From: Rhodospirillales bacterium
Lineage (GTDB): Bacteria > Pseudomonadota > Alphaproteobacteria > TMED109
Length of the DNA: 64,000 nt
Assembly (NCBI GenBank): GCA_009839325.1
Contig: VXPW01000022.1
Location: 28,038-92,037, forward strand
Direction: 5' to 3'
Position numbers and translations under genes: made by a program. Within the stretch, counting starts at the first letter, position 1, and the number at the start of each line of letters is the position of its first letter. Positions 29,163-35,991 of this stretch are shown in pieces. The notes beneath the pieces were generated by a model, which was not told the DNA's origin, made no database searches, and worked only from the letters and a program-made list of their open reading frames with translations.

Positions 29163-30314
29163 ATGCGAATAGTCGTCTTGAAAGAGCTGCACGCGGGCGA
29201 AGACCGTGTTGCCGCCACGCCCGACTCGGTGAAACGGTTTTGCGCCAAGGGCGCCACGGTGGCGGTCGAAGCCGGGGCCGGCCTGTCGTCGGGCATCGAC
29301 GACGGGGCCTACGAAGCAGCCGGGGCCAGCGTCTTCGGATCTCCCGAAGGGGCGCTGGAAGGCGCCGACGTCGTGCTGAAGGTCCGGTGTCCAATGACGG
29401 CGGAGCAAGGTGTAGACGAGGTCGCGCAGCTGCCGGCTGGCTCGCTGGTAGTGGGGTTCCTCAATCCGCACAGCAATCCCGACAATATTCAGGCGCTCGC
29501 CAAGCAACGCGTGACCTCGTTCGCGGTTGAATTCCTGCCGCGCATCAGCCGCGCGCAGTCGATGGATGCGTTGTCTTCTCAGTCAAATCTGGCGGGCTAC
29601 AAGGCCGTTGTGGACGCGGCAGCCATGTTGCCGAAGGCCCTACCCATGATGATGACCGCGGCCGGCACCGTTGCCCCGGCGAAGGTACTCGTGCTCGGCG
29701 CGGGCGTCGCCGGACTTCAGGCGATTGCGACGGCCAAGCGGCTTGGAGCAGTCGTCTCCGCGTTTGACGTGCGGCCTGCCGTACGCGAACAGGTCGAGAG
29801 CCTCGGGGGGCGCTTCATTGAGGTCGATGCCAGCGGCGAGGAAGCGGAGACCGAAGGCGGCTATGCCCGGGAAATGGGCGAGGATTACCGCCGCCTGCAG
29901 CAGGAGCTTATCCACGACGCGGCCGCCGTCAGCGATGTTGTGATCACCACCGCGTTGATCCCGGGTCGCCCGGCACCGGTGCTGCTTCCGGAAGCCACCA
30001 TCGACAACATGCTGCCGGGTTCCGTGGTGATCGATTTGGCGGTGGAAGCTGGCGGCAACTGCCCGCTGTCCCGAACCGGAGAGACGATAAATCGAAATGG
30101 CGTCCAGGTCGTGGGACCACGCAACCTGCCGGGCACGTTGAGCCACGACACCAGCGCCTTGTACGCGCGGAACCTGTACGCGTTCATGGAGCCCCTGATC
30201 GCGGAAGGCGGCGAACTCGACGTTCCATGGGACGACCCGATCGTGGCCGCCAGCGTCGTCACGCGGGACGGCGCTGTCGTGCACGAATCACTTGAGGACC
30301 GAGCGAATGGCTGA
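29163..30314 (+). CDS. pntAA: NAD(P) transhydrogenase subunit alpha, part 1
   Basis: ORF 29163..30314(+). It begins [23 protein letters not shown] and has the Rossmann motif [22 protein letters not shown]. Confidence 0.9.
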   Translation: MRIVVLKELHAGEDRVAATPDSVKRFCAKGATVAVEAGAGLSSGIDDGAYEAAGASVFGSPEGALEGADVVLKVRCPMTAEQGVDEVAQLPAGSLVVGFLNPHSNPDNIQALAKQRVTSFAVEFLPRISRAQSMDALSSQSNLAGYKAVVDAAAMLPKALPMMMTAAGTVAPAKVLVLGAGVAGLQAIATAKRLGAVVSAFDVRPAVREQVESLGGRFIEVDASGEEAETEGGYAREMGEDYRRLQQELIHDAAAVSDVVITTALIPGRPAPVLLPEATIDNMLPGSVVIDLAVEAGGNCPLSRTGETINRNGVQVVGPRNLPGTLSHDTSALYARNLYAFMEPLIAEGGELDVPWDDPIVAASVVTRDGAVVHESLEDRANG

Positions 30315-30633
30315 TCCAACCATCATCAACATCACGATCTTTGTCCTGGCCGTGTTCGTCGGTTACTACGTCGTGTGGTCCGTGACGCCGGCGCTGCACA
30401 CCCCGCTGATGTCGGTGACCAATGCCATCTCCGGGATCATTGTGGTTGGAGCCCTCATTGCGCTGGGGATCGCTCCTGACGAAGACGAGGGCGCGGCGAG
30501 TTCACTTTCGACCGCACAGTGGCTGGGCGTCGTGGCCACTGGCCTGGCAGCCGTCAACATCTTCGGCGGTTTCATCGTCACGCAGCGGATGCTGGGCATG
30601 TTCCGGCGCAAGGAACCGCGGGGCCGCTCGTGA
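30307..30633 (+). CDS. pntAB: NAD(P) transhydrogenase subunit alpha, part 2 (membrane)
   Basis: ORF 30292..30633(+). It is a small three-TM protein ([24 protein letters not shown]). The likely start ATG 30307 overlaps the end of pntAA. Confidence 0.85.
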   Translation: MADPTIINITIFVLAVFVGYYVVWSVTPALHTPLMSVTNAISGIIVVGALIALGIAPDEDEGAASSLSTAQWLGVVATGLAAVNIFGGFIVTQRMLGMFRRKEPRGRS

Positions 30634-32018
30634 CCGCCGATGTCGCTGCCCTGCTCTACCTGGGAGCAGCGGTCTGCTTCATTCTCGCCCTGAAGGGGCT
30701 GTCGTCGCCCGAAAGCGCGCGGCGCGGAAACCTGTTCGGCATGGCCGGCATGGCCATCGCCGTCATCACCACACTTTTGCAGCCCGGCATGAGCCAGCTG
30801 GGCTGGACGGCGGTGGCTGGCGGATGCGGGGCCGTAGTCGGTACGGCGATCGCGCTCCGCATCGAAATGAAGGCGATGCCGCAGCTCGTGGCGGCATTCC
30901 ACAGCCTCGTCGGAATCGCGGCCGTGCTGGTCGCGTGGGCGGCTCTGTTCGCACCCGATGCGTACGGAATCGGTTCCGCGGGGTCCATCCACCTTGCCAG
31001 CCGGGTCGAAATGGCGCTCGGGGTCGTCATCGGAGCGGTGACATTCACCGGCTCCGTAGTGGCCTTTCTCAAGCTTCAAGGGCTGGTCAGCGGCTCGCCG
31101 ACGGTATTCCCCCTGCAACATCCACTCAACCTGCTTCTCGGGATCGCGATCATCGCCCTGATTGCGCTGTTTGTCGGCGACGAGAACGTGGTCTGGTTCG
31201 GCGTCATGACCGGCCTGGCCCTGGCCATCGGCGTCCTGTTGATCATTCCGATTGGCGGCGCGGACATGCCAGTCGTGGTCTCCATGCTGAACTCGTACTC
31301 GGGCTGGGCGGCAGCGGGCATCGGCTTCACGCTGCAAAACACCGCGCTGATCATCGTCGGAGCGCTGGTCGGCAGTTCCGGGGCCATCCTGTCCTACATC
31401 ATGTGCCGGGCCATGAACCGGCCGTTCCTGTCTGTCATCCTGGGCGGGTTTGGCCAGGAGGGCGACGCGACCGCAGCTGATCAGGGCGACCGGTCGGCGA
31501 AGGGAGGCAACGCGGACGACGCCGCCTTCATCATGGGCAATGCCTCGGGTGTGATCATCGTGCCCGGGTACGGCATGGCTGTCGCGCAAGCCCAGCATGC
31601 GTTGCGTGAAATGGCGGACCTCTTGAAGGACAAGGGTGTCACCGTTCGCTATGCGATCCACCCCGTGGCCGGCCGGATGCCGGGGCACATGAACGTGCTG
31701 CTCGCAGAGGCCACCGTTCCCTACGAGGACGTGTTCGAGCTTGAAGAGATCAACAGCGATTTTTCGGCAACCGACGTCGCCTTCGTGATCGGCGCCAACG
31801 ACATCACCAATCCCGCTGCCCGAACCGATCCGAGCAGCCCCATTGCGGGCATGCCGATCCTGGACGTGGAGCAGTCGAAGACCGTGCTGTTCGTGAAGCG
31901 GAGCCTGGCCCCCGGCTACGCCGGAATCGACAACGCCGTCTTCTACGCTGACAACACGTTGATGCTGTTCGGGGACGCCAAGAAGATGGTCGAGGAAATC
32001 GTCCGGGCGCTCCGCTAG
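30630..32018 (+). CDS. pntB: NAD(P) transhydrogenase subunit beta
   Basis: ORF 30519..32018(+), trimmed to GTG 30630 (GTGA overlap with the pntAB stop). The N-terminal half is polytopic. The C-terminal NADP(H) domain contains [15 protein letters not shown] and NVLLAEA. Confidence 0.9.
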   Translation: MTADVAALLYLGAAVCFILALKGLSSPESARRGNLFGMAGMAIAVITTLLQPGMSQLGWTAVAGGCGAVVGTAIALRIEMKAMPQLVAAFHSLVGIAAVLVAWAALFAPDAYGIGSAGSIHLASRVEMALGVVIGAVTFTGSVVAFLKLQGLVSGSPTVFPLQHPLNLLLGIAIIALIALFVGDENVVWFGVMTGLALAIGVLLIIPIGGADMPVVVSMLNSYSGWAAAGIGFTLQNTALIIVGALVGSSGAILSYIMCRAMNRPFLSVILGGFGQEGDATAADQGDRSAKGGNADDAAFIMGNASGVIIVPGYGMAVAQAQHALREMADLLKDKGVTVRYAIHPVAGRMPGHMNVLLAEATVPYEDVFELEEINSDFSATDVAFVIGANDITNPAARTDPSSPIAGMPILDVEQSKTVLFVKRSLAPGYAGIDNAVFYADNTLMLFGDAKKMVEEIVRALR

Positions 32019-32027
32019 ATCAAGCGA

Positions 32028-32819
32028 TCACCAGACATTCCGCAGGTCGCGAAGCGCCAGAAAGACCGCTTCCTCATCGAGGCCGGTCGCCGATCCGGCT
32101 TCTCCGTCGAGCAATCGGGCCATCACTTCCGGCTGGTCAAGGCGCAGGAAAACGTTGATCTCCCGTTCGAGACCGAGACTGGTGGGAACGGCCTTATGGG
32201 GATCTCGTCCACGTACTTCCTTAAGCAAGGACTGCGCCCGCACGTTGCCGGGTTCGCGGTCGAGCGTGAAACCGAGGTTGTGCTCCAGGTAATCGTGTCC
32301 CGGATACACGGTCACGTCGTCGGACAGCTTCGCGATGATCGAGCGAAATGTTCGATACAGCTCCTTGGGATGGCCGCCATTGTGGCAATTGCCGGCACCA
32401 GCGTTGAACAGGGTATCGCCGGAGAAAAGCGACGGTTGGTCTGCATGTGCGAGAAGGCAGACATGACTCATCGTGTGGCCGGGCGTATCCAGCGCTTCAA
32501 GCTCCACGGTTCGGCCGACCTGGATGGAATCCCCCGCCTTGAGCGCCACATCGATGCCTTCGATGGAAGCTCCGGCGCCTGCATGGGCATATAGCGTGGC
32601 CCCGGTGGCCTCGCGCATGCGCGCGTTGCCCCCGGTGTGGTCCAGGTGCTCATGCGTATTGACGAATTTCGTAATGGTCCAACCGCGGCGTTCAGCCTCG
32701 GCCAGGCAGAGGTCTGCCGCCAACGGATCCACGGCGAGCGCTTCGCCGGTTTCTTCGCACGCGATCAGGTAGTTGAAATTGCGATAGTCATTGTTGACGT
32801 AGATTTGTGCGACCTGCAT
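32028..32819 (-). CDS. gloB: Hydroxyacylglutathione hydrolase (metallo-beta-lactamase fold)
   Basis: ORF 32028..32876(-). It has the MBL motif NTHEHLDHTGG and begins YVNNDYRNFNYLIACEETGEALAVDP. The likely start is ATG 32819. Confidence 0.85.
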   Translation of the reverse strand: MQVAQIYVNNDYRNFNYLIACEETGEALAVDPLAADLCLAEAERRGWTITKFVNTHEHLDHTGGNARMREATGATLYAHAGAGASIEGIDVALKAGDSIQVGRTVELEALDTPGHTMSHVCLLAHADQPSLFSGDTLFNAGAGNCHNGGHPKELYRTFRSIIAKLSDDVTVYPGHDYLEHNLGFTLDREPGNVRAQSLLKEVRGRDPHKAVPTSLGLEREINVFLRLDQPEVMARLLDGEAGSATGLDEEAVFLALRDLRNVW

Positions 32820-33021
32820 CTCAACTCCGATCAACGGCTGCAGATACGAAGAGCAAATTATAGGGCACTCAGGCAAACCCGGTCAGAAGAGGCGCAGCCT
32901 CGATCGCACCGAGAGCAGTGGCGGACGATGGAAGGGGCCTCGCCTCAAACCCTCGGATCGCGGTTGCCGCCCTGCACTTTGGCCGGTACGTTCCTGCCTC
33001 CGACCAATGCGGAAATAGGCG

Positions 33022-33588
33022 ATGCGTATCAAGGGAAACGAAGCCGGTCCCGGCATGGTGATTGAGCACCTAGGCAGCATCTGGCGCGTGGTACGGAAGC
33101 AGGCAGTCCGGACAGGCAAGGGCGGCGCCTACGCTCAGCTGGAACTGCGCAACCTCGAAAACGGCAGCAAGTTGAACGAGCGGTTTCGCGCGGCGGAAAA
33201 CCTGGAACGGCTGTACATCGAAGGCCGCTCATATCAGTACCTTTTTGGCAACGGGAGCACCGTCACGCTCATGGACACGACAACCTATGACCAGTCGGAG
33301 TTTCCCGCGGCCATGGTCGGTGACGCCCTGCCTTTCTTGCAGGACGGCATGGATGTCACGGTCGAGTACGCGGGCGACAAGCCGGTAGCGATCCGGCTCC
33401 CGGACACGGCGGTAGCGGTAGTCATGGAGACCGAAGCCGTTGTCAAGGGCCAGACCGCCTCGAGTTCATTCAAACCTGCCGTGCTTGACAACGGTGTTCG
33501 GACCATGGTGCCGCCGCACGTGGAAACCGGCACCCGCGTCGTGGTCAACACGCTCGACGGGGCTTACGTAGAACGAGCCAAGTCGTAG
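33022..33588 (+). CDS. efp: Elongation factor P
   Basis: ORF 33022..33588(+), 188 aa. It has the typical EF-P N-terminus and loop (GMVIEHLGSIWRVVRKQAVRTGKGGAYAQLELRNLENG). Confidence 0.95.
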   Translation: MRIKGNEAGPGMVIEHLGSIWRVVRKQAVRTGKGGAYAQLELRNLENGSKLNERFRAAENLERLYIEGRSYQYLFGNGSTVTLMDTTTYDQSEFPAAMVGDALPFLQDGMDVTVEYAGDKPVAIRLPDTAVAVVMETEAVVKGQTASSSFKPAVLDNGVRTMVPPHVETGTRVVVNTLDGAYVERAKS

Positions 33589-33606
33589 GACGCGTGGCCG
33601 CCAGCC

Positions 33607-34407
33607 GTGCCCTACCCGACCGCCATCATCAACGTCATGTCGGGTGCCGCCGAGAAGGCGGCCCGCCCGCTACGCCGTGACTTCGGCGAAATCGAAAATC
33701 TCCAGGTGTCCCTCAAGGGGCCCGACAACTTCGTTACATCCGCGGACATACGAACCCAGGAAATCTTGCACCGCGAACTGTCGCGGGCTCGGCCCGGCTA
33801 CGGTTTCCTCATGGAGGAAGGCCTGGAGGAAGCGGGCGACGGTGAGCACCGGTGGATCGTCGACCCCGTCGACGGAACCCTAAATTTCCTGCGAGGGATA
33901 CCGCACTTCGCGATTTCGATCGCCCTGGAACGAGCGGGCACGATCGTCGGTGCATTCGTACTCGATCCCATCAAGCACGAAGCCTACTGGGCGGAAAAAG
34001 GCCGCGGCGCGTACGTGAACGACCGGCGCCTCCGCATCACGCCGCGCTCCACCCTCGACGGAGCGGTCATCGCACTCGGTCTTCCGCACAGGAGTCGCGG
34101 AGCACATGACCTGCATCTTTCCCGCCAGCGTCGGATCATGCAGAGAGTAGCCGGGCTTCGCCGGTTCGGTGCCGCTGCGCTCGACTTGTGCTACGTGGCT
34201 TCCGGCCGCGTCGACGGGTACTGGGAAACCGGCCTGAACCCTTGGGACATCGCAGGCGGCATGCTGTGTGTGACCGAAGCAGGCGGTTCAGTCGTCGGGC
34301 TGCGCAGGAATTCCTGTCCGCTGATCACGGGAGATGTGGTGGCTGGTACTCCCGACATCGCGATCGCCCTTCAAGACTGCTTGGCGGAGGCTGACCAACA
34401 AGTCTGA
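33607..34407 (+). CDS. suhB: Inositol monophosphatase family protein (SuhB-like)
   Basis: ORF 33607..34407(+), GTG start. IMPase motifs are present (WIVDPVDGTLNFLRGIPHFAISIAL, WDIAGG). Confidence 0.85.
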   Translation: MPYPTAIINVMSGAAEKAARPLRRDFGEIENLQVSLKGPDNFVTSADIRTQEILHRELSRARPGYGFLMEEGLEEAGDGEHRWIVDPVDGTLNFLRGIPHFAISIALERAGTIVGAFVLDPIKHEAYWAEKGRGAYVNDRRLRITPRSTLDGAVIALGLPHRSRGAHDLHLSRQRRIMQRVAGLRRFGAAALDLCYVASGRVDGYWETGLNPWDIAGGMLCVTEAGGSVVGLRRNSCPLITGDVVAGTPDIAIALQDCLAEADQQV

Positions 34408-34767
34408 CGATGACACCAAGCGCGCAGGGGTTCAGGCCGACCGCATCCGCCCCGGAATACCGGGTCGATGGACGTCAGACGGGGGGCCGCGGCGGCGATC
34501 CAGGAAGAGTTGTCTCGCCGCCCCCTCGGCACCGGCCATCAGCGGCGCTTCCATCGGACAAATCATGCCGCCGACAGATCCCGCTCAGCTTGATCTTTCC
34601 AAATTTTTCTGCCATTTCGTCAGGTACTGTTCGCGTTGGACATGCTGGGCCGATCGCGGCCGCGCGCGCCATCTGGCAGCGAGACTGTTGTCCGCCAGAT
34701 GTGTCCCGCCTCATTCGCGGGTCGACCGCTGTCGGGTCGGCCTCAGCCCAACTAGCGGGAATCAACC

Positions 34768-35982
34768 GTGCATAGTCCCCACCGATTCCTGATTCGCATG
34801 GTCGTGTTCGTCGTGGTGTCGGGCGGCCTTGCGTCGCTGCTGCTGCCGACGCTCAGGGAGGCGTTTAACGCCAATCCAGCGCTCAACGGGCTCATTGCAG
34901 GCGTGCTGGTTATCGGAATCGCGTACTCATTTCGCCAGGTCCTGGCGCTGGTTCCTGAAATCCGTTGGCTGGAGCGCTACGCATCCGGCATGAGTGTCAG
35001 CATCGCCAACGCACGGCCGCCAAATCTGCTTGCCCCGATTGCGCGCACGTTTACCGAACAGACCAAGACTTCGCGACCGCTGATCTCTGCGCTCTCGATG
35101 CGCTCGCTGCTTGACCAGGTCAACTTCCGGTTGGACGAGACCCGCGACATTTCCCGCTACATGATCGGGCTGTTGATCTTCCTGGGGTTGTTGGGGACGT
35201 TCTGGGGGCTACTCCAGACGGTGAGCTCGTTCGGCGCCGTCATCGGTAATCTCTCGATCAGTGAAGGCGGAGACGTCGCGTCGATCTTCGGATCATTGAA
35301 GGCGGGGTTGACCGAGCCTCTGGCCGGCATGGGTACTGCGTTCAGTTCGTCGCTGTTCGGACTCGCGGGCTCACTGGTCCTTGGTTTCCTCGACCTGCAG
35401 GTTGCACAGGCGCAGAATCGCTTCTACCTGGATCTTGAAGAGTGGCTTGCTCGCCGGGCGCACGTTTCTGCAGGGAGCGGCAGCGAATTGGAGCTGGGAC
35501 ACACTCCGGTTCCTGTCTACGTGCAGGCGCTGCTAGAGCAAACTGCAGAAAGCATCGATGAACTCCAGAAAGCGCTGGTCAGGGGAGAGAATGAACGTCG
35601 CAACGTCAGCGAGTCGATGTCCTCCATCGCCACCCAGATTGCGGCCCTCGGAGATCAGCTGCGAAGCGATCAATCGTCGGTCGTTCGGCAGATCGAACGC
35701 ATCGCTGACACCGGCGGCAATCTTGACGAGCACTCCTTGGCGCATCTGCGTAGCGTGGATTCCAACCTCAAGCGCCTGGTCGAAGCGAACGCCACCGGTC
35801 AGGAGGCTTTTCTCCAAGGGGTACGCGGCGAAATCAAGCTGCTCGCACGCACCCTGAGTACTTCCGTGCCGGAGTCCAAACCGACCAGGGCTACTTCGAA
35901 AACGACGCGACGCACTTCCTCGCCAGCAGCCAAGCCCGAGTCGAAGTCGCGCAGTACCGATCAGGCGCGGTCCAAGCGCTGA
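34768..35982 (+). CDS. MotA/TolQ/ExbB-family proton-channel protein with long C-terminal cytoplasmic coiled-coil/basic tail
   Basis: ORF 34768..35982(+), 404 aa. It has four predicted TM helices (residues about 8-27, 41-62, 131-152, 186-209). The channel signature is YMIGLLIFLGLLGTFWGLLQTV ... LAGMGTAFSSSLFGLAGSLVLGF. Residues about 210-365 are heptad-like, and the last roughly 40 residues are rich in S/T/K/R. The start is GTG 34768 or ATG 34798. Confidence 0.8.
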   Translation: MHSPHRFLIRMVVFVVVSGGLASLLLPTLREAFNANPALNGLIAGVLVIGIAYSFRQVLALVPEIRWLERYASGMSVSIANARPPNLLAPIARTFTEQTKTSRPLISALSMRSLLDQVNFRLDETRDISRYMIGLLIFLGLLGTFWGLLQTVSSFGAVIGNLSISEGGDVASIFGSLKAGLTEPLAGMGTAFSSSLFGLAGSLVLGFLDLQVAQAQNRFYLDLEEWLARRAHVSAGSGSELELGHTPVPVYVQALLEQTAESIDELQKALVRGENERRNVSESMSSIATQIAALGDQLRSDQSSVVRQIERIADTGGNLDEHSLAHLRSVDSNLKRLVEANATGQEAFLQGVRGEIKLLARTLSTSVPESKPTRATSKTTRRTSSPAAKPESKSRSTDQARSKR

Positions 35983-35991
35983 GCCTGCGGC

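Noticed and set aside
28345-29394. 349-aa minus-strand ORF
   Set aside because: It is antisense to the DASS symporter and the start of pntAA. Its composition is extremely Arg/Pro/Ser/Thr-rich, which does not look like coding sequence.
30366-31688. 440-aa minus-strand ORF, plus the 352-aa plus-strand ORF 30422..31480
   Set aside because: Both are alternative frames over pntAB and pntB. The pnt frames carry clear membrane and NADP-domain motifs, and these ORFs do not.
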